Assembly (NCBI GenBank): GCA_051294905.1
Contig: CM119372.1
Span: 17,424,001-17,488,000 of the forward strand
Reading direction: 5' to 3'
DNA from: Botryllus schlosseri
Taxonomy: Eukaryota
DNA length: 64,000 nucleotides
The translations under genes and the position numbers were made by a program. The number at the start of each line of letters is the position of its first letter. Position 1 is the first letter of the stretch. Below the pieces are notes generated by a model. It was given only the letters and a program-made list of their open reading frames with translations, had not been told where the DNA came from and ran no database searches. Of the stretch, positions 11,460 through 25,077 are shown piece by piece.

Positions 11460-13544
11460 TAGGGATGGTGTGAGCCTCTGAAAGGTTCAGGTTCGTGTGA
11501 ACGCGAACCTTTTTGAAAGGTTCTGTGTGAACACGAACGTGAACCTCATGACGTCACGTGACGTCATATTGCTAATCCCAACCCTATCTTTCAATGAAGT
11601 GATAGCGTATATTAATGTATACCAGGGGTTCTCAACCCGCGGCCCGCGGGCCGCATGCGGCCCGCAGACGATTCTTTTGCGGCCCGCGACAACTTTCGAT
11701 ATGACGCAATTACTACTGGTACAGTATTGTTATGTTCTTCCAGTATTGTTATGGAAGAACAGTTGTTGTAACAAAGCCTAGAAGCTTGAAATGATAGCAC
11801 TATTGTTTCATCAGGAGTTATACAGTTAGCTTGGTTTCAAGCCCAGCAATCCATATTTCGAGGCATTTTTTAAATTGCCGACGTCGTGACGGACGCATTG
11901 TTCAAAATTGCTTGGATTATCGATAAACCGAAGAGTCTTTAACGTACTGTGCGAATATTCGCTGTTTCCGGAATTTAGCAGCAAGTCCAACATCACCTGA
12001 TAAAATTCGAGGCTACAGTTGTCTGATTCAACAGTCACCAGAAGAGTAACAGCTATCTCAGTCGATCTTTTATCGCATGTTTTGAAACATAGTGCGTTGC
12101 CACGCATAGACTACTTTAGCCTAGCATTGGACGAATCCATCGACCGCACACAGTGCACACACATTGCATAGCAAATTATCCAGGTGCGTTTTATCAGAGT
12201 AGACATATTTCCAGAGGAAATGCTGACGGGGCAAACGTGGGAAGGGGACCAGTGAAAAACATAAATTTGAAAAAGCTGGCTTCTGTAACTACTGGTGTAT
12301 GGCTCCAGCCATGGAAGGAAAGAAGAGTTGATTGGTTTGCTCACAAATGTCCCCGAAAATCTGACTTCTTCTCATATCACTGAGAGCTCAAAGTGATAAT
12401 AACCTCTGTAACGAAAATGTCACCGTAATTTTATACTTGCTCGCTCACGCATTGAAACAGCGAGTTCGGTTCTCTGGTGGAAAGGTTTGAAGGGTACATA
12501 TACCAACATGGAAACGAATAGAATGTACGCTCCATGAAGGGATTTACTTGCGCCACTTGAAAATAGATATCCTCACAAAAAACAGCAACTGCAAACTTAC
12601 GAACGCTCTCCATTAATGCTTTAGAATGCATAAAAATGTACTAAATTCCCGTATAAGACTGGTAAATAGGCTACAGTAGCCTAAATTTAATAGTGGTTCA
12701 CAAATACATGGTGATGATGTTCTGCGGCCCGCGGCGCCTTTTAGTGTGAAAATGCGGCCCGTTATACGAGGGAAGTTGAGAACCCCTGATGTATACGATA
12801 CCTAGCGAAGACCCGGGCCACATAATGTCACAATGCTGAAGTGCATATTGGCGTTTTAAACGTCGCTTATTGAGGCAATCAAATGATATAATACTTCCAT
12901 AAAATCAATATTATCCGTCGCTTTGCCAACAATTTCGATGAGGACTTGCCATGGAATATATGCTTACGCCTTAACAGTCTGGGCCAGACCGGACAATGTA
13001 TTCAGCTTCTGAGTATTGCTACATTGATTTTGAGCAGAGTGTAAAACAGGGTTTCTAGACTTGCTACCGATGTTACCCCATTAATAAGTTATACAGCGGT
13101 AGCCAACACCCCAATCGCACGGTTTTTTTTATGATACAATAAACACAAACATCATTCGCTGACTACATGTAGTGTATTTCGCTCGTGACGTTGTGTGATT
13201 GCGAGTCGAGCTCTTAGCAGAGAGTCGCTAAATATTCACAAACGGAAATCAGGATATTTGGAGCAAACTTTTGTAACAAAGCAAGTAAAATTTTTGAGAT
13301 TGTCAAGGTGCATATTCGTTTTGTGTTTATTATTTCTGCTGCCAGCGGCATGCACAGAGTGGCCCGCAGTTGAAATGCAATAAATTTGTACTGAAGATGT
13401 CATAATGAATTAAAAATTCAAAATATATATGAAAAAGGTTCACAGTGCAGAACCTATCAAGGTTCTGTTGTGAACGTGAACCTCTGAATTTCCGAGGTTC
13501 ACACACAGAACGCGAACGTGAACCTCACGTTCACACCATCCCTA
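11460..13544. mobile_element. hAT MITE family A (TAGGGATGGTGTGA TIR) with nested hAT insertion
   Basis: Ac-like TAGGGATG...CATCCCTA termini; exact TSD GTGAGAAG; GAACCT subterminal repeats. Uninterrupted copies at 23296 and 50499. Confidence 0.9.
11623..12788 (+). mobile_element. Internally deleted hAT (Buster/SPIN/GTF2IRD2-type) element with transposase relic
   Basis: TIR CAGGGGTTCTCAAC, TSD ATGTATAC. Fragments YFSLALDESID (~12112) and KKLASVTT..APAM resemble the catalytic-Asp regions of this transposase group. Confidence 0.85.
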
Positions 13545-13904
13545 GTGAGAAGTGAAAAGACAGCAAACGAGCTTACGCATGTCCAGCATTACCGACATAA
13601 GCTAAGCGTCAAAGTGATAGCGTCAAATGCCCACCATGTGCCATTTTCCATTTTAATAATAAAAATAGTGGTATCTTACTCAGTGACGTGCAGTGAGGTT
13701 CGTGGTTCGTTAGGCACTGACCCCTTTAGAGTCAGATTTACCAATACACAAACCCAACGTGGTAGATTATTCAGTTGACGAGTTGACGATTTGCTTCTCA
13801 TCACATTAGCACTCGTCACAAGCAGGCTACGTAAGAAGCTGCTATTATGCATATCCACAATTGAAGGTAGGTGTGGCTGGAAAATATACAGCAGCTATTA
13901 TCAG

Positions 13905-14432
13905 TAGGGCTGGCCGAATTCGAGTACCTGAGTGATTCGATGCTGAATCACGTACTATGCTTCGAGTCGAGTCGAGTATTCGACTATCACTCATTATGGC
14001 GTCATAACAGAAAGTAATATGTCAAAGTCCAAATAAGTAGCTTTTATGCCACCACAAAGAATATAATGCCTGTTATCCATCACATTACCCATACTCAGCA
14101 ATTTTTCGATCATACCGATTTCATTGCACTTTGTGACAACGTTGTGGGATGACCATGACTTCGGAAATGTGGTATTTCCAGTAGCGTTCGTAGCTTTGTA
14201 CTAGTACTTTATACCCTGTTTTGTATGCTGCGGTACGTCCAATCAAGGTTTCAGGGCTTCCACAGTGGAAAATAGTATCGAAGCTAAAATTTTCGTTGAT
14301 AAATTAACTTTCAGTGGCGAGGAGCGTATAATTCCAGTACTCGAAAAATATGGTCCGTTTTTACTCGACTCGAATCACTAAAATTAATACTCGATTCGGA
14401 TTCGAGTACTCGAATCATTGGGCCCAGCCCTA
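13905..14432. mobile_element. hAT-like MITE (TAGGGCTG...CAGCCCTA)
   Basis: Exact TSD ATTATCAG; CGAGTA/GATTCG subterminal repeats. Confidence 0.85.
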
Positions 14433-15884
14433 ATTATCAGTGTAGCAATGTATTTGCTATTTCTATATATGTTAGGGTTTGCATATTTTTGCATCGGGAA
14501 AGGAGGACACTCTTTTCGAATCATAACAGTTAGTTTACCGAAATTTAAAACAGCGGATTTTGATATAATTACTGTAAATGTTATAGTGTTGATTCAAAAT
14601 ATTTCACACCTTTGACTTGACTTGACTCCCAAATTACCCCACTTTTAAACGATTTCACAAGAGTGTTGACATATGGTAACCCTACTATATGTTGGCCGTC
14701 GCAGCTACACGATTCAATTCGTACTACGCCATCGGTTTGCGAAGTCGATGGCCCATTGTTTCACTGCGCTGTGATTTACAGATTGTTAGCCAACAATAAT
14801 AATTGTGACGCTGGTTAATCTGTGGCCCATCTGGGTATTGTTTCTCTGCGTTGTCTTTGTACGAAACAAAGCGGAATCTCACATTACTTGGCAATTTTGA
14901 GAGGGTTTTGATGCTCTGACATTACAAATATTTATATTTTTGGAAGATTTTAGTTATTGTAAATTCTGAGTAGTTTATGATGAATTACGCTATCGCAGGT
15001 GAGGCTTTGCCCCTCTGTTCCTTGCACTATATCGTCGCAGTGGGAACAAAGTATCTTATGTCCATTTTACATATTTTGGGAAAATTAACTTTGAGTGAAG
15101 TTTTCATCTTCTTTCAGCCATATATTGACCCCGATTAACTTTGATACACTGAAACAGACATAACCATGGCTAAGATATGACCGAAAAAAATACAAAAAAT
15201 TTCGAAAAGCCTATTTTTTCAAGATTAAAAAAGGGAGCTTCAAAATTTGAAAACTGGACATAAGGTACTTTGATTCCACTGCGACGAATTATTCTTTAAC
15301 AATAAATATGCAAAATCAGTGATTTGGGGCGTAAAAATGTATAAAATTCCGTCATTCATGAATATCGATAGAAAATACCAATGATTATTATTGGCGTTAT
15401 AATCATTGAAGGTTGCACAATTTTTTTTAGTTCTTTGGACGACAGCTGAGGCACTGCCTCACTTGCCTCCCCTACCGAACGTCACTGCTTCAGACCGTGC
15501 GCGGCGCAATGCATTCGAAATTGAAAATGTTCAGAATGGTGCTACTGCACGCATCTGAAATTTACCACCACAAAGCGGTGCATCGATAGGCTTTTCTTAA
15601 ACGATTCGGGTACGTTTGGCATTCAGCTGTATGATTGACCAGAAGTATGTCGATTGTTATCAAATTTTCAAGTCGAGCTCATTTAGATGCGAGGCACCAG
15701 CGTATTTCGAGTCCAATTAAGCAACCGTCGACTAATATATAGTCTGGGACTCTGGATATCAATATTGAGTAACCACGATTTCAAGAAGTACGGGATGTCA
15801 GATAGACACACAAGGGTACGCATAGGAATGATGACCGAGGTTGCTCTGGCCACAGCTTCTACTTATAAGTTTTACATAAAATAC

Positions 15885-16030
15885 TTGGATTATTGAATAA
15901 CATATTCATATTGAATAAACCCAACTATTTTCGGCTGACACTGGTCAGGGGTAATTGTCAGCAACGAGTAGAGAATTGAAAAGAACATTTTATATCAACA
16001 ATCGTATCACCAATTATGACGTCATGTGCA
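15885..16030 (-). mobile_element. Decayed solo Penelope-like pLTR
   Basis: Colinear with the pLTR at 16261-16400. Degenerate hammerhead core CTGACCA-GTGTCAGCC-GAAA on the minus strand. Confidence 0.55.
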
Positions 16031-16285
16031 GGAAAATTCGAATAATCGAAGCTAGTAGAGCTCAATGTACCGTTTTTAGATTATGCACGAACTCCCTCTG
16101 TTAGCGTAAACTACAATTACTATATGTTGGCGTATTTTGATACAAGCTGACTCCAAGGTACGTCCCAATTTTGGGTCGCTATCGCTTCTGTGATTACGAT
16201 TTCAGAAGGCGGCGTAGAAAATTGAGAAAAATCGGTCTATATAATTACCAATATTCCTATCACATTTGAATAAAATATTCATATT

Positions 16286-16324
16286 TATTCCCGAAGCTTT
16301 TCAGCTGACCCTCGTCAGGGGATA
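16286..16324 (-). ncRNA. Minimal type I hammerhead ribozyme motif (inverted pLTR copy)
   Basis: Minus strand reads TATCCC-CTGACGA-GGGTCAGCT-GAAA-AGCT-TC-GGGAATA. Confidence 0.65.
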
Positions 16325-16568
16325 TCGTCAGCAATATTGCGAGAATTCGAATAACTATGTTCAACAACAATATATATCGCTAATTATGACGTCACACAGA
16401 AAATATACAAAGTTAGGAAAACGAGAGAACTGAAGCGTTGGCATGGAGATAAGATAAGATAAGAGATAAGAGTATGTCATCAAGCGGACAATAACTAATA
16501 AGTTAAGTCATCGGAATGATACCAAACCAAATGAAACCCCCGAAGAAGTCTCTCGTGAAAGTAGGGAT

Positions 16569-17101
16569 GTGTACATTCATCTACCTTGGATTGGCCCGGT
16601 TTCCTATCGATTTGAGAAACAGATAACTTCGGCAGTCTATCGCTGTTATCCAGCGGTGAAAACCAATGTTGTTTTTACCACGATACCAATGTTTTTTGCA
16701 GCCCGAAAGGACGTTCTCCCGGCTTTACAACAAAGTAACGTCATTTATGAATTCAAGTGCCACTGCGATTGTCGGTACGTAGGGAGAACTTCCAAACGGT
16801 TGCAGGACTGTATTAAAGAACACATCCCACCGTCTGTCAAATCTTATATCTCGAAATCGCAGCATAACAATCCGCTTGTTCAGAACATAACCAGGCCATG
16901 GGTCAAAAATCTTTTGTCGGCATACATTTACTAGAAAATCATACATGTGCTGCTAACTACCACGAGGACATGTTCTCTGCATTGGCTAAGGGTCGCAATT
17001 TATTTCATTTGTCTGTTCTTGAGTCCGCCATCATCACTATGAGTAAACCTAGTTTATGCCAACAGAAAGAATTTGTGTATCATTTGAAAATCGTGCATTA
17101 A
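16569..17101 (+). pseudogene. Penelope-like GIY-YIG endonuclease C-terminal fragment (frameshifted)
   Basis: NVIYEFKCHCDCRYVGRTSKRLQDCIKEH, then after a frameshift ...HLSVLESAII..KPSLC. The RT core is absent. Confidence 0.88.
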
Positions 17102-17243
17102 CTTGTTTTGCTTCGCTATCTCCATGCCAACGCTTCAGTTCTCTCGTTTTCGTAACTTTGTATATTTTCTGTGTGACGTCATAATTAGCGATATATATTG
17201 TTGTTGAACATAGTTATTAGAATTCTCGCAATATTGCTGACGA

Positions 17244-17282
17244 TATCCCCTGACGAGGGTCAGCCGAAAAGCTTCGGGAATA
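17244..17282 (+). ncRNA. Minimal type I hammerhead ribozyme motif in PLE pLTR
   Basis: CTGACGA at 17250-56, short stem II (GG/CC), GAAA at 17266-69, palindromic AAGCTT stem III, UC cleavage site at 17274-75, stem I TATCCC/GGGAATA. Confidence 0.75.
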
Positions 17283-17849
17283 AATATGAATATTTTATTC
17301 AAATGTGTTATGAAGTTCTGTACTCCTAAGCGTCTCAATATTCCTATGAATAGCCCTACACTTGTTGAGCATGAGTAGATTCACAACTTTTGCTAATTTA
17401 CCTATACGTTCATGCATTCCCTGTATACTAAAATATTGAATCATTATTTCACATTCAATGTGGGAGAACAGGACAAAGAAGGAATACGGTGCAAAGAAGC
17501 GACACACGACAACAGAGGCTGTCAACAAAGCAAATTTTAATGATGACTTCATTTTAATTACGTGTCTGGTACGGCTGTCTCATTGCGCAAATACTCGCAC
17601 TAAGCCCTATATCTAGCAGTGAACTATCGCTGGAAATGTCATCATGACTCCACGATAAGATGGGAGTGTCAGACAATTTGGAGACAACGAAGGTTGATTC
17701 TGAGTTCACGTAATGCATTTCCGGTTGCGAAAGTGCGAGGGTGTCAAATGATTCACGATTTATAGCCTTGCTTCTGCGGAAGCAGTTCAATTCTGCATTA
17801 CAAGCGTGTGTACTCTTTGATTCGTATAGCTTTCCGCGTAGTCTTCAAA

Positions 17850-20306
17850 ATGGTGAGTATGCATATCCTCTTGAATTGGCATTGTAGTCTATGGATCTCA
17901 AGCGGTGTTTCTCTTTCAGACTGAAATTCCGGAACAAAAGGTCGAAGGTGATATTCCTATATTTTCACTTTAACATGCGATATCCGCATTAGAAATGCAT
18001 TGACGGTTCGCTTTCAGTAGTACGTCTTCTTGTAGTGGTTGAAAGTATGCATTTAGTTGAAACTTGGGCAATGGGTTGGATATTCATGATTGTGATCCGC
18101 GCCTAATACCAGGTCTACGCAATCAAAAGTGAGTAGAACAAGACAACAATATAACATATCACATAGCGCTCTACGCAGTGTACTGTTCCGATGCCATTGT
18201 AAAATTACTCTACTCGGTCGGTGCGGACACTTTGGTTGGCCGCTCACTTTTGGGAGAATCAAGCGACGAAACGACTGCGTCCGATTCGACTGTTCGTTTC
18301 CTGGTCATGCGTGGAGGCAGGCAACGCTTTAAAAACACTGTATGTTCCGTAATAAATGAATTGCGGGTGCACTATAGTGCAGTTATTGGCACTCATTGCA
18401 TAAAAATAACAGGTTCGTCCAGGTTAGTTGTATTGTGCGGTATTTCGATACCAAACGATTCAACAAATGAAGAAATAATGATACTATCACCATGTAACAC
18501 ACACATGTGGGTTGAAAATAGTACTTTTTGATATGCGCACCAACGCAGCTAACTGCCAAACTGACAAGGAAGCGCCTTGACTTTTTTCTTCGTTTGCTTC
18601 AATGAGCAATTTCAGTTATTGTGCTCGACTTCTCTGTACGATTCTGTTCTACCAGATGAACGCAATTGTACCAAAGTAAAAGCGACTCATATGAGTTTAT
18701 TGTCGATTGTTATTGTTACTGAATGGATCGTCATTCTTTCACCGTTATCAGTCTTCACGTGTTGAAACAAACGAAGTACTGTGACGTTGTGACATAACCT
18801 AACGAATTTCGAATCTGTGTCAGAATTCAGCGGAGTTTTACGTGGAATTTTTGCTTTTGTTCCGTTCCCGAGTAGGCTATATTGGTCGAATAAATCGGCT
18901 GTCCGCGTTATCTGGTGTCCGAATTGCGCGGATTGGACTGCAGTTAGCAAGTATGCATTTGTCCACAATGGTCGCACTGATAACTTTACTGTGAACGAAA
19001 ACGTTGAGTCCAGTGGCGCGAACTAGAAATCTAGCGCGTGTTCTAATATGTGACGTCATTATTAAATCAACGCTTGCACTTTGTCAACAATTGACTTTGG
19101 GTTGCACGGAGGGCATGCAATCACATAATCACAAATTGCCGACAGTACTTTTGTAGGAATGGGAAAGCGGTGTAGTGGTGGAATTCTGGTCGTATGAATC
19201 GTCCATATTTCAATGAGGCTGCCACGCGCAAGGGTCGCTATTCTCTGCCCAACCATCCTTACTAATTTTGCTTGATGAAAAACGTTTCACAGAAATCAAA
19301 GAAGCGTTTGAACTTCTCAGTAAAGACGGAGACAACAAAGTACACTTGTGCCAAATCGGAGATATTGTACGGGCTCTAGGAGAGTGCCCGACCAACGAAG
19401 ATATTGTTAAATTCCTCGGAAGCCCTTCCAAAGAAGGTAGATAAAATACCATTACGGACAACCGCAATATCAGATAGGCTAATTATTTACTATAATTGGT
19501 ATTTTCGTAAGTTACCAATTGCAATAGCCTACTACATATCGTTGTGCTTTGTTCCCCCTTAGTATTCATTTATTTATCTGTCTATTCTTTGGTTTGTATT
19601 TCTTATTCATCTGCGTATATTTACATCTTGTCAGCCTTAGTGATTGTACCAATGTACCTGCGTTGGGTGGCGATTAACGGTTACGTTAGACCTTTAAATG
19701 CCCACCAACACCAAATCCGTACCGATTTGACGACTTCTTTTGGATGATTGAGTTGGGCATCTTCTATCTGTATCTGTCATATTATTCGGCGGCAATAGCG
19801 TAGCGAAACGATCGATGCGACGTGTGATTCCGTAAGCCACAAATGCTATTCCAATGGTTATTAACCGGGGCTCAAACAAATATCCGGGGTTCGCAGTTGA
19901 TCTGAACAGTTCATTTATTGCAGTAGTATTACATGTTTAATGTGATTTATTTTAGTGTAATGCAGTGTTGGGATGACTCGAGTCATGACTTGACTCGAGT
20001 CAACTTTTTCGTATGACTTGACTTGACTCGAGTCACTTTGCAAAAATGACTTGACTTGACTTGACTCGGTGCCTCAAAAATGCGGATTGACTCGTGACTC
20101 GGAGCAAAATTTGCGAGTCAATTTCAAGTCATCGAGTAAACGGTAACAATCAAATCACTGCATTTTGTGCATGTTCGTATTGTTCGTGATACGCCTGTGT
20201 GAGGCTTCTCGCTTGTGAGATTAACCAGGCATTCACTGAATGTACGTTTGAATGATCCTCCATTATTGCATCGCAACTAAACGAAATGATCACAGGTTAC
20301 GTTGTC

Positions 20307-20361
<55 letters not shown>

Positions 20362-23300
20362 AACAACAACAAGAATACAACAACAACGTATCTATGTTTG
20401 TCTCCATGTTTTAGACGGCTCAGTGGTAACATTGCGGAGTGATCACCTTTACCAACCCTCCTGTATGATTCAAGTCCATATCAATTTGTTACAACTTCTC
20501 GAGGCTTCGTATTCGTATTGGCTTATATAATAACAGACTGTAGCATAGCTATAAAGTTAGACGCGTATTTTATTTGCGGTTCTACGTGTGCATGATAGGC
20601 GCCTTCTTGCATGCATATTAAACTTTATATTAGTTATTTGATGCAAGATAAATAACAAATTATTCTGTCTTTCACACAGCTAGTGCAATGTAATGACTTT
20701 GAATCGTCACTGATACTTCGAAAATTCAATTTGACTCGAATTGTGACTTGACTCGTGACTCGACTTGACTTGACTTGACTTGACTCGAGTCACATCCAAA
20801 ATACGAGTGACTTAACTTGACTCGAGTCACTTTCGAAAATCGATTGACTCGTGACTCGAAGGTAGTGACTTGATCCCAACACTGGTGTAATGGTTCAAAT
20901 CCACTGCACTAGTTATATTGATATGAGCAAAGGTCAAGAAGCCCACAGCTCTGTGACGTTACAAATACGTCTGTGTCCTACGGTTAGTTATCTACAGTGA
21001 GTGTAGCTCTTGTAGCCCTAACCCAAACTAAAATCGATTTATTTTACATGCAACCTGCGCTGGTGCGCACGGTCTTTTTAGTTTAATCCAATTTATAGCC
21101 AGTCCGATACACGACACGTTTTGTCGCTAGAACTAGATTCAGAACAAATCCAAACATGGAATAGAATAGTTCAAGCTAATTTACGTTACAAAGCCATCGT
21201 ACTTCGTAGTTGCGGTTGTGATGTCGTAAGCACTTAAAACCTCATTATCCTCGCCGCATGGGCATTTTAATGCGTGTTCAGGAATTCCACTGAATATACC
21301 TCACTGCTGGTTCATTATTCTGTTTCTCGATAGATTGGTTGGCTGGAAAACCTATTGCAGCATAACAATCAACATCTCTTGGCTCGTTGGTGACGATTTC
21401 AGATGAAAAGCGCCTTGTAAGACTACATAACGAACCATTTTACTCTCAGTGTCCCCAATCGCCCAGTTTGTGCCAAGGGGACGCTGGCGCACGCTTTGCG
21501 AACTAGAACTCTAGCATGTGTTGGAAATGTATCGGTTGCGTTTGATGGCGAATTCTGAATCATGTCGGTTCCGGCAATATTCGTTCTTCATCAATGGATA
21601 ATCCCATAATTAGGCCTTGGCATGGCATTGAAAATAGCAATTAAATATACCGCGGAGAAGTGATGCCTTACTACAAAAGCCATGGAGCCACGGGATCTTG
21701 ATATCCGCGAAAACAACTACTCACATTTTACTATATAGTGCGCATCCTATCCGGTCTTCGGGCAACTTTTCGACGCTTAATATAAAGATTCAGTGCATCT
21801 CTATTTTGTAATTGGCACCCAAGCATGATTGTATAATGTATACATAGGTAAATAAGTGTTATCTCCGTGGTCATAATCGGAAACAGCGATACACTGACTC
21901 TTCCACAAGGGTATTTCGACCATATAGCACGAACATATTCCACGGTCACGACCCTTTCAAAGTGCAGACGGCCATAAACCTCTACCGGTTGACCATCATC
22001 GTGATACGATCATCGCAGATATGGCCAGCAAGAAGATGACTTGCGAAGAATTCTTGCCAGTATTTGCAAAGATCCAGAACGAAGCCCAGAAAGGAACTTT
22101 CGAAGACTTCATGGAAGGAATGAGAGTATTTGATAAGGACGGGAACGGTACCGTGATGGGGGCAGAAATAAGACACGTCTTGACAACTCTCGGTATAACT
22201 TTTGTCAATTTTTATAGAGAAATTTGCGCAGGTGGTCAGGCTATTCGTATAGATGATACTCATTTATATTTAATGCCGTAAATTTATATTCAATTCAAAC
22301 AGTAGAAGTAGCGCTTTTCCATGTATGTCAAAACTACTTGTAGTAGAGTAATCGAGTTCTGGAAATTACTCGAAGTAGTTTCAAGAAATAGATTGGGATA
22401 TTGTTTTGCAGACTTTTATTGATCAATTGCCGGTGATAACTTTTAAAATTGCGAGAATCCACTAATCACTCCGCAAATAGGTGCAATTGTTAGAATGCCA
22501 TCATATTCTAACGATACAGGTGCTACCTCGCATGGCTCTCGTGCGACCACTCGCAAAAGTGATACTTATTTGTCCAGACGCCACCTTCTACTTGAAAAAT
22601 CTAAATTGCACAAAGTAAGTAGTTTGTCCTCAAAAACTCATAACGTAGAAGTAATTCACATTCATCACGACTTCATGAGTAGGGCAGATAGACAAAACCT
22701 ACTTCTTAACCCACAGAACGTAAAACGTAGAGGTACGTCGTTACTGGCTACGTCTGGAAATTGGCATTCCCATTAGTTTCAATCCATAACCATCTGTTCG
22801 TGATTCAGCGGAGAAACTTACTGCGGCTCAAGTTTCGGAAATCATGCAAGGCCAAGAAGATTCGAGTGGCATCATAGTTTCTGCAGGTAACATAGCATCC
22901 AAATGAGTGAGGAAATAGTTCCGTGATTTTGACTGAACTATTGTCAAACGTCCGCCAACTAGCTATTGATGGAGCTCTCGCTCTAAAATCAGACACTTTC
23001 ATCTGCGACATTCCGACGTTTTCAGTATATACTATACATGATACCACTTCGGAACTAAACTACATGTTGTATGATAATAGTAATTGTAAATGTTGTTTTC
23101 TATATGTATATTGTCTGTGTAGTTGGTCTACTGGTGATGTCTAAAACAAAACAATAAAAAAAACTGTTTTAAACAAGGTTCATGTTTTATACATCAGTGT
23201 TTCACATGCCTTGACATTTTAAATACAGTCCTATTGATAATCCTTCCGTCTTCAGTTCGTGAAATCGCTGCAACAAGCCACTGTTATATGGTTCATAGGG

Positions 23301-24497
23301 ATGGTGTGAACGTGAGGTTCACGTTCGCGTTCTGTGAGTGAACCTCGGAAATTTAGAGGTTCGCGTTCACAACAGAACCTTGGTAGGTTCTGCACTGTGA
23401 ACCTTTTTCATATATTACAATTTTCACTTCATTTTAACATCTTTCGTTCAAATTTATTGCATTTCAATTACGGGCCACTCTATGCATGCCGCTGGCAGTA
23501 TAAAAAATCAACACTAAACGAGCATGCACCTTGACAATCTCAAATGTTTTACTTGCTTTGTTACAAAAGTTTGCTTGAAATATCCAGCTTATCGTTTGTG
23601 AATATTTAGTGACTCTCTGCTGTGAGCTTAAGCCGCAATCACACAATATCACGAGCGAAATGCATAGTGAGCGAATGATGCTTATTCATTATTCAACCAA
23701 TCAATAAGATTGATATCGTTTTCTGACGTAAAAAATCTAGCAGGAGTATGGGGTCAGTCTTGACTTCATATTTTTACTTTATCATCAAAACCCAATCCGT
23801 TCGATTGAGGTGTTGGCTATACTGCTGTATAACTTGCTAATGGGGTAATATCCGCAGCAAGTATAGAAACCCGTTTTACACACTTCTCAATGTCAATGTA
23901 GCAATACTCAGACGCTGAATAAATTGTCCGGTCTGGCCTAGACAGTTAAAGCGGAAGCTTATATTCCTTGGTAAACTCCTCGTCGAAATTGTTGACTAAG
24001 CGACGGAAGATATTGATTTTATGGGATTATTATATCCTTTGATTGCCTCAGTTGATACATTTTGCGACGTTTAAAACGCCAATATGTACTTCAGCATTGT
24101 GGCATTATGTGACCCGAGTCGTCGCTAGGTATCGTGTACAGTGTACGCACTGTGTCACATTAATATAGGCTGTCACTTTATTGAAAGATAGGATTGGAAT
24201 TAGCAATATGACGTCACATGACGTCATGAGGTTCACGTTAGCGTTCACACAGAACCTTTCAAAAATGTTCGAGTTCACACGAACCTGAACCTTTCAGAGG
24301 ATCACACCATCCCTATCATTACATCGTCCTTCGCTGACCGTACATATTACGCAGTACGTTCCATGTCGCCACGGCATTGTTTTCAAATGATCCCGTCGTA
24401 CCGTAACATGGCAACGGCTTGCAGTTCTATTTGCACTAGAATATATATTTCAGATTTCTGCAAATTCCTTCTGGAAGCACCGAAAGCAGCATTTTAG
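17850..24497 (+). CDS. Myosin essential (alkali) light chain, paralogue 1 (MYL6/MYL1/3/4 family), 156 aa
   Basis: Exons 17850-17852 (ATG only), 17920-17947, 19293-19436, 22019-22192, 22809-22886, 24454-24497; all GT-AG; sizes 3/28/144/174/78/44. Protein [19 protein letters not shown]...[23 protein letters not shown]...[20 protein letters not shown] at ~24616. Confidence 0.95.
19963..20884. mobile_element. hAT MITE family B
   Basis: CAGTGTTGGGAT...ATCCCAACACTG; exact TSD GTGTAATG; (GACTT)n subterminal repeats. Confidence 0.9.
20307..20361. repeat. (AGT)n microsatellite inside a MITE
   Basis: Perfect trinucleotide run. Confidence 0.95.
23296..24315. mobile_element. hAT MITE family A (opposite orientation to 11460 copy)
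   Basis: Same TIRs and colinear internal sequence. Confidence 0.9.
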
Positions 24498-25077
24498 AAA
24501 GTTATTGACGTATATCAGAGAAGGAATTTCGCTGTCGCTACTTCCCGCTGAAATTTTTCAGTTTTCCATGGAATTTGATAATAGAATCAACTACGGATTC
24601 CTGCAAAATTGTACAATAAATGGCTAGAATTGTTCGCTTGTGTTTGCAGCTATTTTCGGGTGTAATGACAAAGTGTATATGATGACTTTAGTTTGTGGAA
24701 AACCCAGAGTGCAGATAGTTGTGATAATCGTAGATTAGAAGACATCACGAATCATACACATGTGGAAATGAAAAGAAACGGGTTCTAATAATCGGAATTA
24801 TTAGAAAAGAGCTTCACCATCGTAAAACTTACAGTAAATATATGCAGGCAGTCAATCCGGATTTATGTAACGCCATTCGGAGACGTTGCGAACCGGGTCG
24901 TTGATATATTAGCAAGAGCAAAGTGAAAATTGAAAACAAATTAACACCTATACCAATTAAATGATGGTGTTTCTGACCACCACTCCATACCAGCTGCTGT
25001 ACGACGCAAAGCGAAACATATATAAGAATTGTATTGAACCGAGTATCACTTCATTCGCGTACCAACAAATAGAAAAC

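Larger units (their letters stand above)
16261..17335 (+). mobile_element. 5'-truncated Penelope-like retroelement with inverted pLTRs
   Basis: Near-perfect inverted repeats at 16261-16451 and 17117-17307 flank a GIY-YIG ORF remnant. A 28-nt 3' tail follows. 12-bp TSD CAATATTCCTAT at 16249-16260 and 17336-17347. Confidence 0.9.

Noticed and set aside
24403..24416. X-box-like GTAACATGGCAAC in the last MLC-1 intron
   Set aside because: A single short motif with no supporting ciliary-gene context.
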